Shown here one piece after another: positions 29,291 to 44,167 of a stretch of DNA of 64,000 nucleotides (positions within the stretch are counted from its first letter, which is position 1; each line of letters starts with the position of its first letter). Both the position numbers and the translations under genes were made by a program. This stretch comes from Chrysomallon squamiferum (lineage: Eukaryota; Animalia; Mollusca). A model generated the notes under the pieces. It was not told the DNA's origin. It was given only the letters and a program-made list of their open reading frames with translations, and did not search any database. Location: the NCBI GenBank assembly GCA_012295275.1, contig CM022668.1, forward strand, positions 7,564,001-7,628,000, written 5' to 3'.

Positions 29291-30204
29291 TTGTATGCCT
29301 GCTTTTCAATGCCAAGTCTAAAAATAGAACTGAAGAGTTGTAGAGCTGCAGGCAAAGTTTGCTTTCTTTCATTAATTCTCTTGTCAAACGCACCAAGTAG
29401 GCGACCATTCAGAAGTCAACAAGATTCTAACTTATTATCAGCACTGCTTGTTTTTCTCACCACTTGTTTTCATTTTTTTTTTTGTCGCTGTTTGTTTTAT
29501 TTTTTTTTTTTTTTTGTTTTCATTTTTTTTTTTTTTTTTTTTTGTCGCTATTTGTTTTCATTTTTTGTAATTACTTCTTTTTATTTTTGTCTCAACACTT
29601 GTTTTCACTTTTGTAACTTTTTTTTTTTTTTTCTTTTTTGTCTCTCTTTGTTTTCATTTTTGTGTCACTGCTTTTTTCCATTTTTATACTGCCTCCTATT
29701 TCATTATTACTCATTTTCTTCTGTTTTTCTTTTTTCCTCTCTCTTTCTTCATCTCTCATTCTTTTGCTTGTCCGTCTGTTGTTTTTCCACAAACCTTTCT
29801 TTCTATCAATGACCATTGTTTCTCTTTCTTTTTCTATTTCTGTGTGTTTCCCCCATTTGTTTGTAATTTCTGTTTATCTTTCATTGTAGACAAAAATGTT
29901 GACTATCCAGTTAAATCTAGTTTGTGAATTATTGAAAATAACGTGTTTTTCGAGTTATATCTATGTTGGCAAGTCTCCTAGATAAAGTTTAGACTAGCTA
30001 ATTAAACCATTTGTTTAGACAACAATAAGCATCGTTTTTAGAAAACATTTTGGTACCTAGATACATATTCTAAACATTTAAGCTATTCTACATATCATTG
30101 TGAATACATCATCTAATAAAAATTAAGACTAGATAAAGAGATAACCATAGTTTTAGATAACAAAGGACAAAATTGCATTTCTTGAACATTTTTATTTTAT
30201 ATCA

Positions 30205-30530
30205 TTTTGCCAGATGCAGTCACTATCTGAGAAATTCTAGAAAAATGTTGGCTCTTTAAATAAGCTCATCAAATAGCCATTGCAAATCTAAAACATGCTG
30301 GTTTTTATATCATCAGCAGAATTCTAGAAAAATGTTGGCTATCTAATTAAGCCAACCATGTAGCCAGAACAGTTGGCTTTAAATCATTTAGCCAGATGCT
30401 ATCACCAGTGTAATTCTAGAAAATGTTCACTATCTGATTATGATCATCATGTAGCCAGTGCAACTGGCAGTATAATCATTCAGCCAGATGCTATCACTAA
30501 TGCAACTCTAGGAAACATGTTGGCTATCTT
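30205..30530. repeat. Degenerate repeat (GCCAGATGC / TCTAGAAAAATGTTGGCT)
   Basis: Four related tctagRaaa..tgtt blocks. Confidence 0.65.
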
Positions 30531-30894
30531 GCTAAAAGATCTATGGCCTTCTCACTTTGATCTCACTTTGCATTGTTAAATGTAACAGAGCAAGGTGAAA
30601 ATGTATTGATTACTGACTACCTGGCCTTGTTCCCTCGTTTAGCACCTGAACACATGTTACCATTAATCATAGCCAACACTGAGAAAAATCACAGGTAATT
30701 TCCCACCTTCAGTAACAGTGTGTAATGCAAACTATTACCTTACAGGTAAAAAAAACCCCAGGTAATCTTTATTGTCACATCTACCTGTGAAGGTGTAAGA
30801 AAGGAAATGATTAACGAGTTTTGCATACCTGTCAATATTAGTGAATAATGTATTAGTTAGCATTACCTGAAATCATTTGTAGTTTGTCTACATA

Positions 30895-30928
<34 letters not shown>

Positions 30929-31052
30929 AGTGCATGAGAGAGTGTGTGTATGCATGTATATATCAGAATATAATACATAGATAAAGGAACAAACATACAT
31001 TACAAACATACAGTAACACACATATGCATTCATATACACATACATAAATACA

Positions 31053-31086
<34 letters not shown>

Positions 31087-31101
31087 TACACATACACACA
31101 A

Positions 31102-31136
<35 letters not shown>

Positions 31137-31403
31137 ACACACAGGCACAGATAACTGTTTCTATGGTATTCAAAGAATGCTGCTAATTAAAGAAAAACAA
31201 AGCAGACATCTTGTAAACAGAGTGAAACAGCTAACAGATGAGATGAAACTGGGTAGAAGTAAATAGGTTACTGAAACACAGTTTACTTACTAGTCACTGA
31301 GTTCTATCTCATGTTATCAGTCTGAATTATCAAGATTCATTTCAATTTAAATTATATACACACACCCACACCCACCCACACCCACCCACACCCACACACC
31401 CAC

Positions 31404-31443
<40 letters not shown>

Positions 31444-31450
31444 GTGTGTA

Positions 31451-31529
<79 letters not shown>

Positions 31530-31860
31530 TATGTGTAAATAGATACATACAAACAAAGCTGTATCTAGCCTATGTCATTATGATGTGACAACCTGAGCTG
31601 ACCTTGCCTCTGATTAACAGAAGATTACACACACAGACACACAACAGCACGGACGTAAATACAGTATTTTCAGCTCACAACACTCCTATCTTCTACAACA
31701 TCTTGTTTACTCATTTGACAGCGCTCTATTTCTGTACCGTTTCTGAAATTATCCATCTGATAAGATCTTTCCATTTTTATGCTTCATTGGATTTCATGGG
31801 TATCAGGTTGGATCTCTTGTCCATAGTCTGTTAGAAGTCATTAGTGTAGTCAAAGCTCTA

Positions 31861-31911
<51 letters not shown>

Positions 31912-32025
31912 AGTAAGGGAAAACAACATATGAAGATAAATACTATATGTATGTATGTGTATATGATTATGTATCTGTGTCTGTGTGTGTGTACACGTAT
32001 GTATGTGTATGTATGAGTGTATATC

Positions 32026-32058
<33 letters not shown>

Positions 32059-32300
32059 ATATATCTATCTTTACACATATACATATACATATATGCACAT
32101 GCATATAGTTATAAGAGCTTCTAATAATGTATCATTTAAAGATATTGTGTAAAAATATATTTTGAGGTATGAATGTATTAATTAGATAATTAATTAATCT
32201 GTTTTTCTTTCTCTTTATATCTTTTTATCTGTAAGTATGTATGTGCATGTGAATTTATATATCCCTATAACAAACATACACACATACATACATACATACA

Positions 32301-32336
<36 letters not shown>

Positions 32337-32897
32337 TATATAGACATACAGACAAATACACAGATACATAATTGTATATACACACACACACACATACATA
32401 CGCATATGTGTATGTAAATGTACACGACACTCATTAAAAAGCTAAACCAAACATTTTCTCTACTCATTTCACTTAGAGATAAAAAAAGAAGCTAATTTCA
32501 GCTCCAGTAAGTTGAAGTGGTCGTGTCATCTGAAGTCTTCAATTGATGTTTTGAAGTGAAAATATCCCTCTGCTTCCATCTAGCCTGCTGGGAACTGGAT
32601 CCAGTAAAAGAGTAGTTAAAAATAGAACGGTTGACATTTTACAGAAATCTTCTCCTGTCTCTTGCTGGTAGGAACACAGAGAATCAAGCTGGGAGTAAAA
32701 TCAATACTGTATTGACAGACCACCTGATATCAGCAAGCTAAATATGATTCAGAAAAAAAACAAAATATATAAAAATATTTTCCAAAAAAATATATTTAAA
32801 ATAAAAGGTTTAAAAAAATGGACGCTTTGTGATGCATGAAATTACAAAGTGGATGAATTTAAAAAAATAAAACATCTCAGTTGTTGATCTTCATTAA

Positions 32898-33075
32898 AGA
32901 TGTAGTCTATTGGTTAGAGTGTTGGCTTCAGGCATGATCAAATGTCCACAATGCAAGTATAGAACTATTTCCCAATCCTGCAAGTTCCATATAACTAGAT
33001 AATCTTAATTCATCTTTGTCACTGGTAAATATTAAAGAAATACTAGCATATTCAATAGTATGAGTAGGTTTCTTA
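32898..33075 (+). mobile_element. Decayed SINE with tRNA-like head
   Basis: A-box-like GATGTAGTCTATTGGTTAGAGTGTTGGCTT followed by degenerate core-like sequence. Confidence 0.35.
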
Positions 33076-33606
33076 AAGTTAAATCCATGATAATAATAAT
33101 GAACAATAAATATCCCACTTAACTATATAATGTTATGCTGTATTGATCTTTGTCTTTGCTATATGCTGCCAGTCCATTATGTAATATGAACAGGTTTTTT
33201 TTTCTCACAATGCAAAATCAAATTAAATCTATGATAATGATATTAAATTTGATTAAACATATTATACATTAAATATTGCTTATAACTGCAAAAGCAAATA
33301 CATCATAAAAGCTGTAGTTATGTTATTTGCTGAGTAAGGGAAAATAACAAATGATATATAACAAAATATCATTATTGTTATGCTTTCAGAACTAACGACA
33401 AAGGACTGATATATTACAAAGTATTATCATATGACAATTTTGCAGACCAGGAAGTTGTTTTCTTATAGCTAAAATTGACTGCAGTGACAAACAATTAGTA
33501 ACCATAAATCTACAGCTGTTCCACGAAATAACTTGGAGGTTCTGTCACGAAATCTTTATTTGCATTAATAATTTTTTTCTACAGTAAGAGAGAGGAAGAG
33601 AGAGGC

Positions 33607-33674
<68 letters not shown>

Positions 33675-33696
33675 CATTTGTAATTTCAAATATAAA

Positions 33697-34270
33697 TGTA
33701 CAGATCACCAGTCACCATATATGTCAGTATATATCACCAGTCACCATATGTCAATACAAATCATCAGTCACAGTATGTATCATAAATCACTATATGTCAA
33801 TACAAATCACTAGTCACCATATGTCAGTATATATGTTAGTACATATTATCAGTGACCATATATGACAGTACATATCATCAGTCACCATATATGTCAGTAT
33901 ATATCACCAGTCACCATATGTCAATACAAATCATCAGTCACTCTATGTTGGTACATATCATCAGTCACCATATGTCAGTATATATCACCAATCACCATGT
34001 CAGTACATATCATCAGTCACCATATGTCAATACATATCATCCGTCACCATGTCTGTATATATCACCAGTCACCATATGAAATACACATCACCAGTCACCA
34101 CAAAGATTAAAAGTCACCATATAACTAGTCACTATATCAGAACAGGTCAGCAGTCACCATATGTCAGTACAGATCACCAGTCGCCACACAACATAGGTAA
34201 GTAGTCACCATATGTCAATACAGATCACCAGTCACCACACAACATAGATCAGCAGTCACCATATGTCAGT
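33697..34270. repeat. About 27-bp degenerate minisatellite (AGTCACCATATGTCAGTACATATCACC)
   Basis: Recurrent AGTCACCATATG throughout the interval. Confidence 0.9.
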
Positions 34271-35877
34271 TGATTGTTTATTATGCAAAACGTGGCTTGT
34301 CATTTCACAATCTCTTTGTTGGCATTGCCACATTTCAAACACAGTTTATTCCAATCACTACTCTATTAATTGTTTGCATCGATTAAGCAATTTTCTGCAG
34401 TGGGCAAGCAGGCAAACACAAACAAGCAGTGGCAGAGTGGGCCAGACCGTAGGTCATCGAGTGGTCAAAGCTGTGAAATCCCAGGCAACTAGTCAAACAC
34501 AAGCCTTGAATTGAGACCACCTCGATAAATTGCAAATTAGCTGTGTGTGCAGAAGAGTAATTGCGTGTAAGAACGGAGAATGTCAACACAAAACAACAAC
34601 AACACCAACAGCAATGACACCAACAACACCAACAACAACAACACCAACAACAATGACAACAACAACAACAACAATGATGGATCTGTTTAAACGAGACTAG
34701 TAAATGTGTTTCTAATACAGTGGATTTTCTCAGTGAATGATTTTCATTTTATTCACTGGAAAACCGAGCCATAAAAATGTAAATAGATTGAATCATAAAT
34801 CATTTAATAATTCAAGCCAGTAATGAATTTGATTTAAACTTTTTTATGGAAAAGATAAAAAGTATTTTAATTTTTTAATTGAACTATGCAAAGATCCAAA
34901 GAAACTTTGAACTGGACATTTAGTAATAACTACAGCTTCAAAAGCAATAACCTTGATTTTTTTTATATTTAATAAATCTGTGAATATTTATTTACAAGTT
35001 ATGTAGCCAAATTTTGAAAAATATTAGGCATTAAAAAAAAAAATTATATTTTTTTTAAAAAGGGCTATAAAATAAATATTTGTGATGATGTAGCCATTAC
35101 TGCAGTCAACACCAAACCATCATTAAAACTAATAATCACACTATTATTTATTTATTTTTATTTTATTATTTTTTTAAATAAAATCTTTTTAAACAGTTTC
35201 TGATCCTCAGGAAAACCAAATAATTTAAAAACATCAAAAAGACGAATCTGACGTGGATTTTGTGAATCACTCGCCTGAACAAAGGTTAAAAGGAACTGTC
35301 AACGGTCTGTGTAGGTTTTGTGTAAATGCTGTTTCTATGCAAATAAAACTTTGATTCTTCCATTAACTTGGAATTATGTGATTTTCTGTGGCTCTCTTTA
35401 ATATGGAATGTTGTCTGAGAGAGTTCAGATTCTGTGTTTTTGTTAGAACAAATGACTGAACAAATTTAAAAAAAAAAAATCCTATCTCGCTGCAGTAATA
35501 TAAATGTTGATTAGACGTCAACTGTGTGTTTCGTGTTATGATGTAGGAGAAAAGCAGACGCCATTGTTCCAAGGGCTGCTGTCATTTCATAAAACATAAA
35601 TAAAACAGCAAGAATATTTACCTTCTCACAGACAGTGATCAAATACATTGAGCAAATACTATGAGCAGAAAACCCCCAGAGTAAACACACTGAACAGATA
35701 ATTGTATACACTGAGCACTATTCATTAAACACATATACTGAGTAGAAGAAAGTGAGTAAAATACATTTGAGCAAATAATCACATACACTGAGAATACTCA
35801 TATATTGTAATTGAGCACATACTTGGCAGAATCAGTAGACATATACTGAGTTAAAATACTCAGCAGATTTATGATGC

Positions 35878-35910
<33 letters not shown>

Positions 35911-38900
35911 TAATAATGGTGGTAGTGGGTAAAGATGATGTAATGAAGGTAGCAGTAGTAGTATGACGATGATGACAATGGTGATGATGATGATGATGAT
36001 GATGATAATGATGGTGGTAATAATGATGATGACAAGATGTTTGTATAAAACACATAGTGACATTTACATGCATTTGTATCTTTATCTGTCCTTGATCTTT
36101 TGCGATCTGCAAATATCTTTTGAAAAAAATGTTCTGTTTACTTGGAACGAAGCCACAAGTGTCAACAGACAGACAGACAGACAGACAGATAGCATTCATG
36201 ATGAGAATCTATGAGGGGAACATGCAGACAAAAAACAGTGAGATATATTTATACTGGTCTCATGATACAGTTTGTTTTCTTTCACAAAAGACAGGTATTT
36301 TTTTCTTACTGTTCCTTCTTTCACTATATATATTTATATATATTTGCTTTACCATTGTCTATGGTAAATGTGTTTTTCTGATTTATGGTTTTGAAAATAA
36401 ATAAATAAAGAAATTATTAAGTAAGTAAGTAAATAAATAGGTAAAAAGAAAAAGAAAATAAAAAGAAAATAAAGAGAAATATATCTGCAACAGAATTATC
36501 AGTTTTGTTGTGTTATTTTTATTAATATGATTGTTGTTGTTATTATTTTTGTTCTATTTATTATATTGCTGTTGATATTGTTGTTCTTGTTATTTATTTA
36601 TTTATTTATTATTATTACTGTTGTTGTTGTTCTTCTTCTGCTTCTTTTTCTTCTTATTTTTTATTTATTTATTATTATTAATGATGTTGATGATGATATT
36701 ATTAACATTATTGTTAATATAATTATTATTGCTATTGTCGTTATTGTAATATTATCATTACCATTACTGTTGTTGTTGTAGTTGTTGTTGCTGTTGTTGT
36801 TAGTATTACTTTGCTATCACACAGAGAGTGATCCATTTCCTTCTCAACAAAACATGTCCTCTTTCACCTTCAAATCTTTACGTCACTTCAGAATTGTTTT
36901 CTTTCAAAAATACCAGTCAACAAAGACATTCCTGATATTCAATATTTTAACCTCGCCTTCTTCATTATCAAACACTCTGACAGGACATCAATTTAACAGT
37001 TTTATTTATCTTTATCATAATGCTTATATAACGCTTGAGAAACAAAATACTGGACCATTTTTCAAAATGAATAACTATTCTGCAAAAGAAAACGAATAAA
37101 AGATACGTAATTGTTTTGGGTTGTTTTTTGTTGTTGTTGTTTTTTTGTTGAAAATCTCAGACATATATGTATTATGTTGTCTGAATAGAGAATAATAATG
37201 TGTGTCAGATGTCAATAATCAGGAGAAAAGGTAAAGTATTTAAAGCAATCACCTGAATGTTTGACTGTGCGTTTTCTTTCATCATGGCTAAACTGCAGAG
37301 CAATCTGATTTTCAATCTTTATTGTTAGATAAAACGTGACAGGTAACTTAGTAAGCTCAGAAAAAAGAAAGAAAATATAAACAGATTTGTGTACATGAGT
37401 TGTTCAGACAGGCTTTTGATCACATGTTCAATAAATAAATAAATAAGTAAATAAATAAATAAGAAAATAAATAAATAAAGAATGAATGAAAGAAAGAAAG
37501 AAAGAAAGAAATGAAGGAAAGAAGGAAAGAAACAAAGGCACAAAGAAATAAACAAATAAACAAACAAATAAACAAACAAACAAACAAACAAACAAACAAA
37601 AAGAGAAAGAAAAAAGGAAAGGAAAGGAAAGAAACAGAGATAAACACATAAACAAATAAGTAAGTAAGTAAATAAATAAATAATATCTCCATCAAATAAC
37701 ATTTAACAACTGTCTGTAATATCAGTTACAGAAAAAATAGAAAATAAGTAAAATGTCAACACCACACAAAAGTAACTTATATTCATTCATTCATTCACTC
37801 ACTCATTCACTCACTCACTCACTCATTCACTCACTCACTCACTCACTCACTCACTCAGTCACTCACTCACTATGGTTCTCACAACATCAAAGAAACCCAG
37901 TATTCTTTACTGGCCTGTTTTAATAGGTACACAGAACAAATCATTGTCATCAAAAGAGTTGATCTTTTACTTGATTTTTTTTACTTAATGCAGCAGTTTA
38001 TCAACACATTTGCATGTTATAATGTGTACAGAGCTGGTAAGGTCTATCTATCTATCTCTCTATCTATCTATCTCTCATCTATTTCTCTGTCTGTCTATCT
38101 ATAAATGCACAGTGCAGTTCATTGCTAGCAAAGGTCAGTATTGTGTTTGGTGCACATACAATGCAGTATGTTGCCATAGCAAAGGGGTTAATCTTTTTAT
38201 TTGATGTCTGCGCAGTGCAGTGCACTGTCAACACCAGGGTTAATCCTGTGTTTGACTGCGCTGCTGTGTACACAGCGATGTGGACTGTCACAGAAAGGGT
38301 TAAGACGTCAGCAAATACCAGAATCATTTTAATGAAGAGTTATTGATTTGCGATAAGTTTGGAAATGTCTTTGTAAACTTGTAAAATTGAATCTACAAAA
38401 CACTGATTCAGATATTCAACAATGAGGAGGAAACACAATTGATTCCAGATGATAAGATCATCACTGTTACAGGCGTAGTGCTGGTAATGGTTGTGTTGAT
38501 GATGACAATAATGATGATGATGGCAGTGATAATATTATGACAATAATGATGATGATACTAATACTGACAAAGATTATGATATTGTAATGATGATAGTGAA
38601 TATGATGACAACAATTATAATGACAACTGATGATGAAAGTAGTTACAAAATATTATAAACCATTATGACAGTGATGATTATAATAAAATGATGATAGTAA
38701 TGATTATGATAATAATAATACTGATGATTAGATGATGATGATAACTACAACAACAGTGTTGATGCAACTACAGAACATTAAATACTGAACACCTAAAGTC
38801 AACTGTTAACAATATAAAAAATATTAAATATATATATAAAATATTATTTTAAAAACTATTCAGAAATTAAACTGTAATGACAAAAGGGTAGGGATAATAT

Positions 38901-40519
38901 ATAAAGGAATCTTAGATATTGGCACGAATGATCAAAAACAGGCATGAACAAGTTTAGGGAAAGACATAATGAGGTAGTGAATAAATGCATAAAGGGGTGT
39001 TCACTATAAGTATGAAGGAGTTTGGAAACAGGCATGAAGGAGACTTGTAGATTTAGTATAAAGTGATAAATGGTCCTGTAGACATTAAATGGGTTTGAAG
39101 TTAGGCATGAAGAAGGCTTGCAGAAATCATAAAGGGATCTTGGAGACAGGTATGAAAGGGCTTAGACAAGGTACGAATGGGGTGAGGCCCAGGTTTAAAT
39201 CAGACTTGGATAAAGGCTTGGACACAGGTTTGAAGTATGGCAGAACTGGCAGCATGGTTTTGAGACATTAATGGAATCTGTTTCTGCCTGTTTCAAAATG
39301 TGTAGCTGCAGATGACAGGTTAGTGTTAGGTAAAGAGAGACTGGAATGACCCCACGAACACCAGCAAACAGCCTGCAGACACACCATCTCCACACCAACA
39401 TCTGAACACAACTACCTCCACATTTCTAACATCAACATCAGACTTCATTAACAAACGTTGGCATTTGAAATTGTATTTTGTTATTTATTAATCACTATGT
39501 TAAAAATACTTCAGCATTTTCTAATTAAAACATACCAGTAATAGTTTACCTTTTAAAAATCAGTAAAAAATAGTTTATTGTTTCGTTGAAAATAGAATGA
39601 CCTTGAACTCAAAAGCTGAGATAAATAATGGCACACAGGTGGCAGAAATCACTTGCTATTTCAGAGAGAAAAACCCCAAACCTGCAACAGTTAATTAATT
39701 AGCTTCATGTTGCATCTATACAGTGTGATATATGGGGATATATCTTATCCAGTTTTCTACTCAATGTATTATATACACTGCGCATATTTTATACTGGTTA
39801 CCTTTCTAGGAGCAGTAAAAGAGAACCAGTCTATGATTATGATGAACTGAGTGTTCATTGGTGATACCCCATCCTCAGGGATATTTACAGTCTACCATCT
39901 TAATACAGTGTCAAAAATCTATCATTTTATGGGTAGTCTGTATTTCCAATTACATAACTGCTATATCAAAGGCAATTTTTTTCTGTCACATGCTTACTTA
40001 CAAACATATACACACAGATAAACAGACAAATATGTAAATTCAAAATGTCCGAATTAAAAACAAAAAATTCTGTTTTTAAATAATAATACTTAATTATTTA
40101 TGATGTAAATTTGATTTTATTTCTTATTATTATTATTTGCTTTATCCAGGTAGACAACAAACAGTTAAAACCACCCATAAAACAAAAACAAAAAAACCTG
40201 ATCTGCACCTTAATTTTACATACGTCTTTTCCACTGTATTCTTTCTGATTTGCTTTGATTTAGAAGCCAGAAAAATGTAAAATAATCTACAAGCCAGCTA
40301 ATAATTTCATTAGCAGCAGCAGCCACAATGTTGCCAGTGACATTTTGACTAAAAATAAAGCTTGCTGTTTCCTTATTAGACGTCCATTACAATTTATGAG
40401 ATGAAAAAAAATGCAGAGTGCAGTTTTTCTGAAATGTTAAAATAGATCTTGTTTTTCAGCTGCACAATATGCTGTGATATCAAAAATAAAATGGATGGAA
40501 GATAATGATGTCAGAGGAA

Positions 40520-40567
<48 letters not shown>

Positions 40568-41097
40568 GTGCTTGTTTGTGTCTTTGAATCTGTGTATGTG
40601 GAAATACATTTGTGTGTGTATCTGTCTTATAGAATATATATTCATGAACTGAAACAGAATCATTTTAGCATATAAAAACTTTATCTCTGTATCAATATCA
40701 AGGTATTAAAATCAATGCTTTCATGATTATGTGTGAATGTATGTTTGTTTATATGTATGTATGTTTGTATATATGTATGTATGTGTGTATATGTGTATGT
40801 AAATAAAACTGAAGCTAAGAATATCAATAAATAACTGTCATATACAATGATGTAATTTTAAAGCTTTTATTATTAATGTTATTATGAGCAGTTATAAAAC
40901 TTTAAATACTGATTTATTCACTCAGTTTTCACTGCATCACCGTAACAGAATATTTTATATTACATACATTTATAAAGGGCAGTTAAGCATTAATAGCTTT
41001 ACAATCAAAAGCTGATTAGATGCCATGAAAAAATAATTTGCTTCTCAGCAACAGATGCAGCAAAAATAAATGAATTAATAATAATAATAATAACTAC

Positions 41098-41162
<65 letters not shown>

Positions 41163-41330
41163 TAATAATAAAGAACATACATACTTGCAAAACAAAATAT
41201 TATCTTCTTAACTTTAAAGCAAATAATAATAATAATATTTAAGTTGAAATACAATTTCAAAAAATAAAGAAGCTGTATTTTCATATGGTTAAGTTAAGCA
41301 TTGAGTTATTTTATATATATATTACACATA

Positions 41331-41644
41331 CAGTGAAACCTTTATTAATGGACACCTCTTCAATCCCACTTAGGAAAATATACAGATTTGTCAATATTCA
41401 TGCACTGTTGTTCTTAACAGTAAACTCTAGTAGCATATTTTGTTGTTATTATTACTGATGTTGTTGTTATCATTATCATAACTGTAATCATTATCATTAT
41501 CAGTATTAACATAATAATAATAATTATTATTATTATTATTACTATTACTACTACTACTTTATTATTATTAGTAGTATTAAAACTATTATTATTACTACTA
41601 CTACTACCTATTATTATTAATGCAATTACTGTTATTACTATTAC

Positions 41645-41696
<52 letters not shown>

Positions 41697-43831
41697 GTTA
41701 TTGTTATTATTATTATTATTATTATTATACATAACCATTTTAATTTTGTTAATAATTATTACTGTTATCGTCAGTTAATATTTTGTTTTTGTTTTATTCA
41801 GATTTTGCTATTCAGAAAGTAGAAATATTATTAATTAGTGAAATGCATTATCTTTGTTTTGAACGTGGATCTTTTTTCTTACATTCATCTTTGGTAAAAA
41901 AAAAAAAATTCCTTTCTTGCTTAATATTTTCTTCTTTTTCTTAGTTTTCCTTTTTTTTTTTTTTTTTTTTTTTTTTCTTACTTTAAATTATAAGCTATAT
42001 CTGGTTTGTTTCTTAGAAAAAATTGACATTTATCTTTTTTTAGACTGAACAAAAAGAAGCCATTCTCTTTTGTAACTTAGAAGTGATTTCTTTTCTCCTA
42101 TTTTGCACTATCTGAAAATGTCAACCAATGAATGCTTATCACATACTTTCAACCAAACATGACTGCGTATCACACAGTCAACCAAACACTTCTTATCACA
42201 TAGAGTCATTAGTCAAGGAATGACTGCTTATCACTGTGTATTACAAAGAGGTATGTATAGTCCCTTGCTGTCATAAAAACAATTTGTCAACCCTGGTGTT
42301 ATAAACATTAACTTTAACCAGTGAATACTTAACAGACAGTGTCAGCCAAAATAACTACTTATCACATACTGTCAACCAAAATAACTACTTATCATATACT
42401 GTCAACCAAAATAACTTCTTATCACAGTACAGTCAGCCAAAATAACTACTTATCACAGTACAGTCAGCCAAAATAACTACTTATCATATACTGTCAACCA
42501 AAATAACTTCTTATCACAGTACAGTCAGCCAAAATAACTACTTATCACAGTACAGTCAGCCAAAATAACTACTTATCACATACTGTCAACCAAAATAACT
42601 ACTTATCACATACTGTCAACCAAAATAACTTCTCATCATATACTGTCAACCAAAATAACTTCTTATCACAGTACAGTCAACCAAAATAACTGCTTATTAC
42701 ATACTGTCAACTAAAATAACTACTTATCATATACTGTCAACCAAAATAACTTCTTATCATATACTGTCAACCAAAATAACTTCTTATCACATACTGTCAA
42801 CCAAAATAACTTCTTATCATATACTGTCAACCAAAATAACTTCTTATCACATACTGTCAACCAAAATAACTTATCATATACTGTCAACCAAAATAACTGT
42901 TTATCGTATAGTGTCAACCAAAATAACTGCTTATCATATTACCGTCAACCAAAATAATGTTTTATCATATACTGTCAACCAAAATAACTGCTTATCATAC
43001 ACTGTCAACCAAAATAACTGCTTATCATATTACTGTCAACCAAAATAACTGCTTATCATACACTGTCAACCAAAATAACTGCTTACCATACACTGTCAAC
43101 CAAAATAACTGCTTACCATACACTGTCAACCGATGACAGCTTATCAACCATTGTGAGTGCTTTAGCTTCAAGGAACAATGCAGTCTTAGTGCCAGAATGT
43201 CCTCTCTGTCATTTGTCATCAGACTTAAACCCTTTCTTTAATTACATATTAATAATGAAAGGTCATGTTTGGTTCTTGTTTAAGACTCTGGCTAAGAAGA
43301 GCTCTGTTAGAAAACTGTCTGGAAGGGGAATATTAAAAGCTTTGTTAGCCCAGGCAGACACAGGGATGGACGGACAATGGAAAGATTAACTAAAAATCTG
43401 TTGATTGTTGATGTATGTATATTAATACTCTATTTGTGAGGAGAGTATGGAGCTAGGATTAATAAGGTTATTAATAATAATAATAAGAAGAAGAAGAAGA
43501 AGAAGAAGAAGAAAATAAAAAGAATAATGATAATGATAATAATAATGATAAAGATTAATAACAATAAATAATTTAAAAAAAAGTAATACAAAAATAATAG
43601 TATTAATTATTACATGATAATAATAAATAACAACAACAAAATAAACAAAAAATTTAAATAAATAAATAAATAAATAAACAGAGAGAGACAGACAGATAAA
43701 GAGATGGACATAAAAGAAAGGATCAGATAAATAAATAGAAATAAAAATAATAATTTTATATAAAAAAGAAATATGAACACTATTTTTATATATCAAAATA
43801 TATAACAAAAATAGCTGATTAAATAAATATT

Positions 43832-43870
<39 letters not shown>

Positions 43871-44167
43871 TTATATTAATTTTTCTTATTAATTTTTTCA
43901 TATTTATTTTCATTTATTCATTCATTCATTCATTCATTCATTTATTTTTATTTATTTATTTATTTATTATATTAATCTTTCTTATTTATTTTCATTTATT
44001 CATTCATTCATTCATTTTTATTTATTTATTTATTTATTTGACACATTCACCAAAACTTGATAAACTATTTTACAACAAACTGCAGACAAAATCTGCAACT
44101 TTACAATTAAGTTTAGTCTTTAAATGGCACTTATTAAAGAGGTGTCCGCTATTAGCAGGTTGCACTG
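41331..44167. mobile_element. Non-autonomous Tc1/mariner-superfamily (pogo/Tigger-like) element remnant defined by imperfect TIRs
   Basis: Left end is TA|CAGTGAAACCTTTATTAATGGACACCTCTT. The reverse-complemented right end is TA|CAGTGCAACCTGCTAATAGCGGACACCTCTT. TA flanks lie at 41329-41330 and 44168-44169. No transposase ORF inside. Confidence 0.6.
42336..43130. repeat. 30-32-bp minisatellite (TACTGTCAACCAAAATAACTACTTATCACA), about 26 copies
   Basis: Directly visible. It lies between the TIRs of the 41331-44167 element, with decayed related units at about 42120-42335. Confidence 0.96.

Noticed and set aside
30855-30885. Minus-strand TTTCAG|GTAATG as a possible recursive splice site
   Set aside because: The polypyrimidine tract is weak, and several similar AGGT junctions occur on both strands by chance.
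35621-35648. Minus-strand ATG...AAG|GTAAAT mini-exon (MYLITVCEK)
   Set aside because: It is only 9 codons, its phase 0 is incompatible with the other candidates, and it sits next to a degenerate repeat.
38970-38978. TGAGGTAGT, matching the let-7 5' end (and a similar 9-nt match to miR-184 at about 60288)
   Set aside because: The match stops after 9 nt with no hairpin, as expected by chance.
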